Assembly: GCF_013177435.1 (NCBI RefSeq)
Contig: NZ_CP053627.1
Location: forward strand, 2,550,001-2,582,000
Reading direction: 5' to 3'
Length of the DNA stretch: 32,000 nt
Source: Xylella taiwanensis
GTDB lineage: Bacteria > Pseudomonadota > Gammaproteobacteria > Xanthomonadales > Xanthomonadaceae
In this document: positions 12,458 through 21,637 of the stretch, in pieces
Position numbering within the stretch: the first letter of the stretch is position 1
Layout of the letters: each line of letters opens with the position of its first letter
Position numbers and translations under genes: made by a program
Notes under the pieces: model-generated
Seen by the model: the letters and a program-made list of their open reading frames with translations, nothing else
Database searches by the model: none
What the model was told of the DNA's origin: nothing

Positions 12458-13312
12458 ATGCCGCCGACCTCCCCGTTTCCTGTCACATCATCAATAGCAT
12501 TCATCGGCGGCGGCAACATGGCACGCAGCCTGATCGCAGGGATGATCCGCCAAGGCGCACCGAACACGTCGATCCGGGTCATCGAACCCGTCGCCGCACG
12601 GCGGGACGCACTCATCGCCGACTTCAACGTGAAGGCCGTCGCCGCAGCCGCTGAGGCTGTCACTGACGCCACCACATGGGTGCTCGCAGTGAAACCCCAA
12701 GCAATGCCTGACGTGTGTGCCGCACTGCCCATTCAGATGCAGCGCAACGCACCGCTGATTATCTCAATCGCTGCAGGCATCACCACATCCACACTCAAAC
12801 ACTGGCTCGGTGACACATGTGCGATTGTACGCGCCATGCCGAACATCCCAGCCCTACTAGGTGCCGGCGTGGCCGGACTGTTCGCCACCTCACAAGCCAC
12901 TGCCACACAACGTACCCTCGCTGAGCGACTATTGGGCAGTGTAGGCAAAACCATCTGGATCACCGACGAAGCGTTGCTGGACGCCATCACTGCCGTGTCA
13001 GGCAGCGGGCCAGCCTACGTGTTTTTGCTCGCCGAAGCGATGGAAGCAGCAGCAATCATGCAGGGACTGTCTCCCCAGAACGCACGCACCCTGGTCCAGC
13101 ACACCGTGTTGGGCGCCGCACGCATGCTGACCGAGTCCGGTGAAACACCGGCCGAACTGCGCCACCACGTCACTTCACCTCACGGGACCACTGCAGCAGC
13201 GATCGCGACATTTCAAGAGGGTGGTTTCGAAACACTTGTCGCGAAAGCGATAGACGCTGCCACACAGCGCGGGCGCGCACTGGGAAGTACAAACAGCACT
13301 CGACCTACCTGA
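12458..13312 (+). CDS. proC: Pyrroline-5-carboxylate reductase
   Basis: 284 aa with IAFIGGGNMARSLIAG (NADP-binding), SGSGPAYVFLLAEAM and VTSPHGTTAAAI motifs. Confidence 0.9.
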   Translation: MPPTSPFPVTSSIAFIGGGNMARSLIAGMIRQGAPNTSIRVIEPVAARRDALIADFNVKAVAAAAEAVTDATTWVLAVKPQAMPDVCAALPIQMQRNAPLIISIAAGITTSTLKHWLGDTCAIVRAMPNIPALLGAGVAGLFATSQATATQRTLAERLLGSVGKTIWITDEALLDAITAVSGSGPAYVFLLAEAMEAAAIMQGLSPQNARTLVQHTVLGAARMLTESGETPAELRHHVTSPHGTTAAAIATFQEGGFETLVAKAIDAATQRGRALGSTNSTRPT

Positions 13313-14437
13313 GCACTCACAGGTCTCCCGATATCGGACACAATCGCAACGCCAGTGATTCGGACACTGCAATGAATCAACACTCCAATACCGTAGCGGT
13401 GATATCCCGGCAGAGCACATCCCCAACTTCGGGCCCATCAACCCGACACGATGCACATTCCATTGTTCCGCAACACCAGCTTGAATCAGCTCCTCATACC
13501 TCGTTTGTTACCGCAGGCACACTTTAGAACAACTCACAAAAGTCCTTTAAAACTCAAGCAGGTAATACCCAAGACACTGTTTAGCCCTGCTACCACGTGC
13601 ATGTCATGCACGTTCGCAACGATGCTGAATTTTTTAACTGCTCTTTGGAGTGATAGCAGGACATTCGCTTCATTCTCAACGATCTCCTGCACACGTGATT
13701 GAGATGCGCAATCGCCGCACACATCTAGGCATCGGTTGCGGAATTGCCACTTAGAACACACCGAGGCAGCTCATATACATAATAAATTTTGAGTGTGGCC
13801 GACATCGGCAACAAAGGAAGAACTGTGAACGAGCACTCCCCCCCCCTACTTCGCACGACGACACGTCACACCTACACATGTGCTGACAGCACGCAAGACA
13901 GATATCAACAGAACAGACATGCCACCATCACATGAGAGACACCCCCGTCATGCAGCGATCTCACTCACACTGAGTCAGGCACCACTGTGAATTTTCAAAA
14001 TGATGCAGCATCACAACACCCCACCGCATCTTCATCTGCACTGTCATCGACATGTCCAAGAAGCTGGGAAATAGGCCACTCTAGTCAAGCAACACACGTC
14101 TTCAAAGCACAACAGCCCCATTCATCACGAAAAGTCATAACCACATGAAGATTCTGTAAAATTATTATTGACAACACGATCAACAGTATCCAACACTCAA
14201 TTCAAACCTAGCCGGACAGCCAAGTGAAAAGCGGTAGATACCCGGTTTTAGAAAGACGTGCGATTGAGACCGGCCCCCACCGAATCAATCGGTCAGGGAT
14301 GAAAGTAATAAACCAGCAGCAATCAGACCCGCGGAGCAGCAATCCCTCCGCAACGGCACGGTCCTGGGCGGACGTTGCTACGGCGGCGGCCGCTCGCCGT
14401 ACTACCTAAGTACTCATTTACTCAACGAGATTGAGCA

Positions 14438-17044
14438 ATGTATAAGCATACGACAAAGCTAGCATTCTGTATTTCATCAGTACTTTATTGGGCCGCTTCC
14501 GCAATGGCAGCCTCACCCCCTGACACCGTAACCAAACTGGACACCGTCACCGTCACAGGTTACCGCGCCTCACTGGAGAAGGCGCAGTCGATCAAACGCT
14601 CCACCAATTCGATCGTTGATGCGATCAGCGCCGAGGATATCGGCAAATTTCCAGACACCAATGCTGCCGAATCGTTATCCCATCTACCCGGCATCAGCGT
14701 GGACCGTCAGTTCGGCGAAGGCGAAAAAATCAGCATCAACGGCACCGATCCAGCCCTAAACCGCGTCTTGCTCAACGGCCAAACCATCGCCTCAGGTGAC
14801 TGGGGTGGCAACCCGACCGACACCAGCGGCCGCACCTTCAATTACACCCTACTGTCTCCGGAAATCATCGGTCTGATGGAGGTTTATAAAACACCGGAAG
14901 CGCGCATTGACGAAGGCTCGATCGGCGGCACCGTGATCGTCCATACACGTCAACCGCTGGATCTGCCGAAAAACACCATACGCGGCTCACTCGGCTACAA
15001 CTACAACGACCATTCAAAAAAAAGCAATCCACGCGGCTCAGTATTATGGAGTTGGAAAAACGACAGTGAGAGCTTCGGTGCATTGGTTTCAGCCACCCAC
15101 GACAAACAAGACATTGCACGCGCAGGCATTGAGTTCTTCGGCTATACCACCGGTGCAAATATTTCCCCCAATGCGACCATCACTGGCGACGGCAGCAGTG
15201 CAACAACTGCAAAAATACCGGCTGGCATCAACAGCGCGTTCTTTCAACAAACCCGCGAGCGCAACGGTCTGCAAGGCGCACTCCAGTGGAAGCCGAACGA
15301 GCAAAACGAATTCAACCTGACCGGCATCTACATCAAAGGCAAATACAACAATTTCAGCGAGTCACGCTATATCTGCCCGGCCTGCAACAATGACTTAAAC
15401 AAAGTTTCCACAGCCAATGTACAAAACGGCTACATCACTTCAGCCACGGTCTCAGACGGCACAGCCGGACAGCCTTACGCACAGCTCGATGCGAATTACC
15501 GTATGAGCACCGTCACCACAAAGAGCTTGAATCTGCGCCATAACTGGTCCGGAAACAAATGGGTATTCACGTCCCAGGCTGGTACGACAAAAGCCACTGG
15601 CGGCAAAGATCCCGAATACTTGATGAAGTTTCTGCTGCAAGAAGGCGGATATCGCTTCAATTACGATGGCACAAATACCGGGGTTACTTACGATAACAAC
15701 AGCGCATCCAACTGGGCCCTAAAGAGTGATCAGCAAGCGGGTGGCCTTGAGTACACCAAGACTAACGACCAGGAAAACTATTTCCAGTTCGACGCCGCAC
15801 GCGACCTCAACTGGGGCCCATTAAACAAACTGCAATTCGGCTATAAATACATCGACCATAAGAACAGCCAAACCTCGCGCGGTAACGCACTATTTGCCAA
15901 CCAAGATGTCCTATTAACCGCGTTTAATCCTGGCATGACGCCCGGAGGGCTGTACGACGGACTCGGTGCCAGCGGTGATCTGGTCAACTGGCAGACAGCC
16001 AACCTTCATTCGGTCCTCTCCTATCTCAACACATTGCCGCCAGCCATCTTGGAAACCAAGTCTGACCAGCAATTCAACGTCACAGAAATCACCAATAACC
16101 TGTATACACAGTTGAATTTCGATGCTGGCAAATGGCGCGGCAACATCGGTGTTCGTTACGTGGACACCAAGGACAACATCCTGTACTGGCAAAGCACCAC
16201 AGTGAACGACACCGTCAACTATCGCCCGGTACAAGACTCCAAGCGTTATTCCAAACCGCTACCAAGCCTCAACATTGCCTATGACCTAACCAACGACAGC
16301 GTGCTGCGCTTCTCGGCGGCCCGCGTCATCGCCCGTCCACGTTACGCTGACCTAGCTGGCTCCTTTTCGCTGAACAGTACCTCGGATGATCTCACGGCAA
16401 GCGGCGGCAACCCGAACCTGAAACCCTACCAATCCACCAACTATGACCTGGCCGCTGAGTGGTATTTCGCTCCCTCAAGCATGTTGTCGGCGGAAGCGTT
16501 TTACCGCGACATCAGCTCTTACATCGTCAGCACGACCACCACCGAAACACTCAGCGACCCATCAAACAACATCTTCAACAAAACGTACACCGTCACCCGC
16601 CCAATGAATGCCTCCGGCGCCAAAGTGACCGGCCTTTCGCTGAACTACCAGCACGCATTCGCCTATGGCTTTGGCCTAGCGACGAACTACACCTATGCTC
16701 GATCCAGCTCCAACGATGGTCTGAACCTACCCTACCTGTCCAAGAACACCTACAACGTGATCCCCTATTGGGAACAGGGGCCCTGGGCAGTGCGCCTCAA
16801 CTACAGCTACCGATCAAAGTACTTCACCCAAATCGGACGGCTAAATTCGAAGATTTTCACAGATGCTTACAAGGAACTCGACCTGACCGCCTCTTACAAA
16901 TTTAACGATTGGGTCAGCCTAAGCATCAGCGCCACCAACCTGCTGAATTCAACCTACTACTGGTACAACGAGGTGAAGTACGCCCCGATCGGCATGTACA
17001 AAAATGGCCGTGGCTACCAAGCACAGATGAACTTCAAATTCTGA
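14438..17044 (+). CDS. TonB-dependent outer-membrane receptor
   Basis: 868 aa. It has a signal peptide, the TonB-box-like DTVTVTG, a plug domain (NSIVDAISAEDIGKFPDTNAAESLSHLPGISV) and a beta-barrel ending in a terminal aromatic residue (...QAQMNFKF). Confidence 0.9.
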   Translation: MYKHTTKLAFCISSVLYWAASAMAASPPDTVTKLDTVTVTGYRASLEKAQSIKRSTNSIVDAISAEDIGKFPDTNAAESLSHLPGISVDRQFGEGEKISINGTDPALNRVLLNGQTIASGDWGGNPTDTSGRTFNYTLLSPEIIGLMEVYKTPEARIDEGSIGGTVIVHTRQPLDLPKNTIRGSLGYNYNDHSKKSNPRGSVLWSWKNDSESFGALVSATHDKQDIARAGIEFFGYTTGANISPNATITGDGSSATTAKIPAGINSAFFQQTRERNGLQGALQWKPNEQNEFNLTGIYIKGKYNNFSESRYICPACNNDLNKVSTANVQNGYITSATVSDGTAGQPYAQLDANYRMSTVTTKSLNLRHNWSGNKWVFTSQAGTTKATGGKDPEYLMKFLLQEGGYRFNYDGTNTGVTYDNNSASNWALKSDQQAGGLEYTKTNDQENYFQFDAARDLNWGPLNKLQFGYKYIDHKNSQTSRGNALFANQDVLLTAFNPGMTPGGLYDGLGASGDLVNWQTANLHSVLSYLNTLPPAILETKSDQQFNVTEITNNLYTQLNFDAGKWRGNIGVRYVDTKDNILYWQSTTVNDTVNYRPVQDSKRYSKPLPSLNIAYDLTNDSVLRFSAARVIARPRYADLAGSFSLNSTSDDLTASGGNPNLKPYQSTNYDLAAEWYFAPSSMLSAEAFYRDISSYIVSTTTTETLSDPSNNIFNKTYTVTRPMNASGAKVTGLSLNYQHAFAYGFGLATNYTYARSSSNDGLNLPYLSKNTYNVIPYWEQGPWAVRLNYSYRSKYFTQIGRLNSKIFTDAYKELDLTASYKFNDWVSLSISATNLLNSTYYWYNEVKYAPIGMYKNGRGYQAQMNFKF

Positions 17045-17055
17045 TGCTGTCACCG

Positions 17056-17084
17056 GCGCGCCACTGCTTAAAGTGGCGCGCTTT
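17056..17084 (+). terminator. GC-rich hairpin between the TonB-dependent receptor and fucosidase genes (terminator or attenuator-like)
   Basis: GCGCGCCAC (17056-17064), loop TGCTTAAA, GTGGCGCGC (17073-17081), followed by only TTT. Confidence 0.4.
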
Positions 17085-17137
17085 CCGGGTGCAAGCCGTT
17101 CCAATCAGGGCATCGGAGATCACAGGAGCACCATCCC

Positions 17138-18985
17138 ATGACACTCGACTCCCGTCTTCCCATGGACACATCCAGCCGCGATACCAGAACCACACACCCA
17201 CCCTTAACACACGCACTGGTCCTGCTGCTCACCCTATTGCCGCTGTCCACATTTGCAACCCAAACACCAACCGCAACCACTGCCTCCCCTGAGCAACTCG
17301 ATCAACAGTGGCTGCAAGCCACCGCTCAATACGCGTCTGAACGCAATCATCTCGTACACACTGCACACGATGGTGCAACACACGGACCGTTCCGCCCCGA
17401 CTGGACATCGCTGCAACAATACCGCTCCCCCGATTGGTACAACAACGCAAAGTTCGGCATCTTCATCCACTGGGGTGTCTTCTCCGTCCCCGCATTCGGC
17501 AGTGAGTGGTACTCACGCAACATGTATCAAAAGGGCTCGAAGGAATATCAGCACCATCTTGCCAGCTACGGCCCGCACACCACATTCGGCTACAAAGAGT
17601 TGATACCGCAGTTCACCGCATCCAAGTTTGACCCAAAGGCCTGGGCCAAGCTCTTCAAACAGGCAGGTGCCCGCTATGTGGTCCCAGTGGCCGAACACCA
17701 TGACGGATTTGCGTTGTACGACTCACACCTTTCGGACTGGACCGCAGTAAAGATCGGTCCCAAACGTGATCTGCTTGGCGACCTATCCAAAGCAATCCGA
17801 GCCGAAGGTCTACACTTCGGCCTATCCTCCCACCGCGCCGAACACAATTGGTTTTTTGACGGTGGCCGTCAGTTTGACTCAGATGTCAACGATCCACGCT
17901 ACGCCGATTTATACGGCCCAGCACAGATGCGCTTGGCAGGCAAGAACGACGAAGACGTCGCCAACGACTGGACACCCGTTTCCCAAGCCTGGCTCAACGA
18001 CTGGTTGGCGCGCACGATAGAACTGATCGACCGCTACTCCCCCGAACTGATCTATTTCGACTGGTGGATTGCGCACCCGACATTCCGCAATACACTGCCC
18101 ACCATGCTGGCCTACTACTACAACCACGGCGCAGCTCAACATTCCTGCGGCATCACCATTCAAAACACACCCTCAGCTGAGGGACGCCCACCGCATCACT
18201 CCTTGAAAACCCACAGCAACACCACAGTTCCCGCCACATCGCTTGAGCCCGCCACATCAATCCACGTGACACACCTGACCTCTTCCAGCACACCACCCTC
18301 TCCATGCGGCGTCGTGGTCAACTACAAACTCGGCGCATTCCCTGATGGCGCCGGCACCTTGGACATCGAGCGTGGCCAACTCACTGGCATCCATCCCACC
18401 CACTGGCAAACCGACACCTCAATCAGCAATACCTCCTGGGGATACATCGAAAACGACAGCTATAAGTCACCCGCCTTCATCATCCACATGCTCGCTGACG
18501 TCGTCGCCAAGAACGGCAACTTGCTGCTCAACATCGGTCCACGCGCCGACGGCAGCATCCCAGACAACGAACGCAACATCCTGCTCAACATCGGCACATG
18601 GCTGAACATCAACGGTGAAGCTATCTACGACACGCAACCCTGGCGTACCTATGGCGAAGGTCCCACTGAAGTCGCCAGCGGCACGTTCCAAGACACCAAA
18701 ACCAAACCCTATACCGCGGCAGACTTCCGTTTCACCGTGCACGGCAATTCCCTATACGCGATCGAATTGGGATGGCCGACAAACGGCCACGCAGTGATCC
18801 ACTCCATCAAAGCATCCGACAACGTGTCCAGCGTAACGCTGCTGGCAGACAACCGCACAGTGCCATTTGAACAACACAACGACGGCCTGCACCTGCATCT
18901 GCCCAACACGCCAGTAGGCGAACATGCCTACGTCTTCCGTATCAATAGGTACTCCCATTCATCAATACGGGACAAGACACCATAA
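17138..18985 (+). CDS. Alpha-L-fucosidase, glycoside hydrolase family 29, with an atypical internal low-complexity segment
   Basis: 615 aa. GH29 motifs are FGIFIHWGVFSVPAFGSEWYSRNMY, VAEHHDGFALYDS, ELIYFDWW and LLLNIGPRADGSIP. The N-terminus is signal-like. Confidence 0.85.
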   Translation: MTLDSRLPMDTSSRDTRTTHPPLTHALVLLLTLLPLSTFATQTPTATTASPEQLDQQWLQATAQYASERNHLVHTAHDGATHGPFRPDWTSLQQYRSPDWYNNAKFGIFIHWGVFSVPAFGSEWYSRNMYQKGSKEYQHHLASYGPHTTFGYKELIPQFTASKFDPKAWAKLFKQAGARYVVPVAEHHDGFALYDSHLSDWTAVKIGPKRDLLGDLSKAIRAEGLHFGLSSHRAEHNWFFDGGRQFDSDVNDPRYADLYGPAQMRLAGKNDEDVANDWTPVSQAWLNDWLARTIELIDRYSPELIYFDWWIAHPTFRNTLPTMLAYYYNHGAAQHSCGITIQNTPSAEGRPPHHSLKTHSNTTVPATSLEPATSIHVTHLTSSSTPPSPCGVVVNYKLGAFPDGAGTLDIERGQLTGIHPTHWQTDTSISNTSWGYIENDSYKSPAFIIHMLADVVAKNGNLLLNIGPRADGSIPDNERNILLNIGTWLNINGEAIYDTQPWRTYGEGPTEVASGTFQDTKTKPYTAADFRFTVHGNSLYAIELGWPTNGHAVIHSIKASDNVSSVTLLADNRTVPFEQHNDGLHLHLPNTPVGEHAYVFRINRYSHSSIRDKTP

Positions 18986-19794
18986 ACCACGCACAGCGTC
19001 GGCAACCAGCTGCGTGACATCACTATAGACGTCACCAACATCAACCTTGAGAGCACCCCATCAAAAGTGGGAAAACATCCAACACACATCACCCACCACA
19101 TTCATGACCGCTGCAGCGCATGATGCACGTCAAGTCAATCAAACCGGCGCAAACAAATGACATCCACCACCCTTCTCCGACCGATATTTCTACCTGCTGC
19201 ATCGCTCTGCCCAGAGCTGATACATCACACCCATATACGTTAAAGAGCACATGCAACGCATTGCCATAGATGGCACATACCGGGACTGCTTACCCTCAGC
19301 ACCCCCTAAAAGGCGATCCAACAGCAGCACCATGTTCTCAACAGGGCGTGTGCTCAAAAGTCTGTACTTGACTCCTACGCATTCCAAAGCGCACACAGCA
19401 CAGTGATGCTGGATGGCGATCACCGCAGGCTGCGCAATCCACCCATCAATACAGCGCATGGCATGACAACAAGATGGCGATACATCCAAAGAGAACAATA
19501 TTAAGGACACATTCCCCGTGAACAGCGCACACAGCCCCTTTCACTGACCAGACAATGCCCACAGGCGAGCAGACAAGCCACCAGACACGTTCGCCCAACG
19601 CACACCTTAACATCCCGATATGCCCATTCAACTTCGCTGTTCTTTAGAACGCACCATAGAGTTGGATCACTCCTTAAAAAAATTAAAACTCCTACGCACA
19701 GGACGCATTCACCACCCTCATATCAACCTGTTAAACCCGTCACGACAGCCCCTTCATTAAACCCATCACCCTGCAACAACAAGCAGAGCACTGA

Positions 19795-19823
19795 GTGACA
19801 ATTCAACCTCGATCCCATAGAAT
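19795..19823 (+). promoter_or_regulatory. Candidate sigma70 promoter for ssrA
   Basis: GTGACA (19795-19800), a 17-nt spacer, then TAGAAT (19818-19823). It lies about 75 nt upstream of the mature tmRNA 5' end. Confidence 0.35.
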
Positions 19824-19898
19824 CTGCCGACCTAGCGCACTTCTAGCCAACGTCTGCTCAGCAAGACACTCTGAACCGTTGTGGTTCATCGCATCACC

Positions 19899-20251
19899 GG
19901 GGGTGCACTGGTTTCGACGGGGGTCACAAAATCGCTTGGTGCATGCCGAGGGGGCCGCTTTCCTCGTAAATCCAGCAGCACACTTATAGTTGCCAACGAA
20001 GACAACTACGCTCTGGCCGCTTAAGGCCTAAGCCTCGAAACTGCTTGTATCCGTGCTCGCAGCGTAGAGTCATCATCACGGAATCGCTGATGCTGGCCGT
20101 CTGCCCACCATCCGTTAAATCCAGCAGACTGGTTTCCGGGTGCGCTTTGCCTGTCGTGCTGCCCGGCGGCAAGATTTAACGGCAGGATAAGCATGTAGGG
20201 CCGGGGATGGAGTACTTTCGGACGGCGGTTCGATTCCGCCCACCTCCACCA
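19899..20251 (+). ncRNA. ssrA: tmRNA (transfer-messenger RNA)
   Basis: 5' GGGGGTGCACTGGTTTCGACGGGGG and 3' GGACGGCGGTTCGATTCCGCCCACCTCCACCA form the tRNA-like acceptor and T arm. The internal tag ORF GCC AAC GAA GAC AAC TAC GCT CTG GCC GCT TAA (19992-20024) encodes ANEDNYALAA. Confidence 0.92.
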
Positions 20252-20258
20252 ATCACTA

Positions 20259-20289
20259 AACCCCAATCGTTCTCGGTTGGGGTTTTTTT
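20259..20289 (+). terminator. Rho-independent terminator of ssrA, possibly bidirectional
   Basis: CCCCAA (20261-20266) pairs with TTGGGG (20277-20282), followed by T7 (20283-20289). An A-run lies on the other side. Confidence 0.6.
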
Positions 20290-20623
20290 CTTGCCAGATC
20301 ACCCCGGTTCCCGCGTGTTCGCGGGGATTCGTACGGAAGCCTGCGGACTTTGGCATCCGGCCCCATTCTAGGCCGCCGTCCTTTTTCTCCTGAATGCACC
20401 CGAAGTCCGCAAAGGCCACAAACACGACCATTACAGAGCAACGGTTTACACGTGGACAAATCAAACGCTTGGATCGAAGCATTGCCCAACCAAACGAAAC
20501 CACACCGCTCACGCAGACACCACAGCGGTTTAAAAATCGACACGACCGCCCTCTTGGTGCATGGCATGGGCGGGCCGCGTCGGCCAGATTTAGTTTTTTT
20601 ACTCAATGCAATGCATGATTTTT

Positions 20624-21157
20624 CTAACGCACCTCACTTGGAATCTGCGTCTCTGGCTTACGGTATGAATGCAGTTTTCTTTCAAATTCCCAGGGCTTTA
20701 AAGGATGCGTTTTACCATGCATTTCTTTATAAACCCATTGTTCGGTTTTTTTAATGGCATCAAGAAATTCTTGATCTAATGTCCACGCCTTAGAGTGAAT
20801 CACCCAGGGATTTTCTCGATATAAAGCAACCGTGACGTCGAAGTACTGTTCTACATTTTTTGCAGCCTCATATCGGGCGATGAGGCTGTCAATCTCTGGC
20901 AAAAAATAACACAGCGCTAATCCCAGTTCCGGCACCGTCATCCGGGTGTCCGCATCAAGGGTTTGACCAGATTGCTCATTCAGAAGCAGATCAATGCTAA
21001 TAACAAAAATAAAGTGCTTTGATGAGAAGCGTGCTTCTTTCACTCTTCCGTGTGGATGTACAGGGTGACTTTCAACAAAGCCAAATTCAGCAAACTTGCG
21101 ATGGCATGCGACTTGTTTTAACCAGTCTTTTTCCACTGTGGGGGATGGATTGCTCAT
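20624..21157 (-). CDS. Orphan CDI immunity protein, type 1 (diverged paralog of 27876-28433)
   Basis: 177 aa, mostly identical by eye to the immunity ORF following the resident cdiA. Its ATG overlaps the upstream toxin-fragment stop (ATGA). Confidence 0.7.
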   Translation of the reverse strand: MSNPSPTVEKDWLKQVACHRKFAEFGFVESHPVHPHGRVKEARFSSKHFIFVISIDLLLNEQSGQTLDADTRMTVPELGLALCYFLPEIDSLIARYEAAKNVEQYFDVTVALYRENPWVIHSKAWTLDQEFLDAIKKTEQWVYKEMHGKTHPLKPWEFERKLHSYRKPETQIPSEVR

Positions 21158-21470
21158 AGTTTCACCATTTTTCCTGTAGCTGCGTCATAAACATATCCAT
21201 TCTTTTTGAGATACTCGATTTCACGTCCAAAGCCGGTCAGGGTTCCATCTGGTCCATAAATGTTTCCTGATTTCTTTCGATCTGGATTAAAAGGGGCTTT
21301 GTTTGGCGTTGTTGCCAGCACAATGTCATCTCCTCTTTTTATAGCGGCATCAAGGAAGGGTTTATTGACCTGTTGCCAGAATTTCTCTGGGCCTAATGCG
21401 GCGTACAGACTATCTGGGGTATTCAGTAAATTAAACGAACCAGGTTGTGTGGGGCCATCAATGATCATTC
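21154..21470 (-). CDS. Orphan cdiA-CT fragment, type 1 toxin domain (no start codon or pretoxin region)
   Basis: MIIDGPTQPGSFNLLNTPDSLYAALGPEKFWQQVNKPFLDAAIKRGDDIVLATTPN... is colinear with the last ~105 aa of the resident CdiA (28430-28745). Homology begins abruptly near 21470. Confidence 0.65.
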
Positions 21471-21471
21471 G

Positions 21472-21637
21472 GGCGACGCTAATTAACAACACACCCTATT
21501 TTATTCAACAGCCTTGAATAAAACCCCAGGATGGGTATTCACCGTCACACTCGCACCGGCGCCGCCCCCTTTAGGGACGCGGCACCAGTGGATTAACACC
21601 GCTCAGCTCAAGAGGCAGTGCAGTCAATGAGGCATCA
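21472..21637. repeat. Cassette-junction repeat, copy A
   Basis: About 160 bp, shared with 25117-25279 and 26019-26178. In every copy it sits immediately 3' of a type-2 immunity gene. Confidence 0.8.

Noticed and set aside
12034-12654. A 206 aa plus-strand ORF upstream of proC that runs into it.
   Set aside because: It is a low-complexity S/T/R/H-rich translation in a different frame from proC. It has no ribosome-binding context or recognisable family, and it probably reflects the C/A-rich spacer composition.
13838-13846. A C9 homopolymer in the spacer about 590 nt upstream of the receptor gene.
   Set aside because: It is not within or next to a recognisable promoter or ORF. Nothing links it to phase variation.
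14169-14200. A TTGACA hexamer as a -35 element for the receptor gene.
   Set aside because: No acceptable -10 hexamer lies at 16-18 nt spacing, so a promoter call would be unsupported.
14224-14409. A 61 aa ORF and a possible cobalamin riboswitch upstream of the TonB-dependent receptor.
   Set aside because: The ORF is R/S/A-rich and has no motifs. I could not find a convincing B12 box or the conserved cobalamin-riboswitch core. The receptor is large and is linked to a fucosidase, which fits a carbohydrate role and not BtuB.
19190-19631. Minus-strand ORFs (106 aa and 61 aa) upstream of ssrA, considered as possible smpB or other ssrA-linked genes.
   Set aside because: The translations show no similarity to SmpB motifs and are Cys/His/Met-rich in a random-looking way. 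They are probably non-coding spacer.
20021-20606. Minus-strand ORFs (163 aa and 116 aa) and a plus-strand ORF (20350-20754) that overlap ssrA and its downstream spacer.
   Set aside because: They overlap a clear tmRNA gene and its terminator. Their translations look random (rich in R/C/G). No integrase-like motifs were seen.
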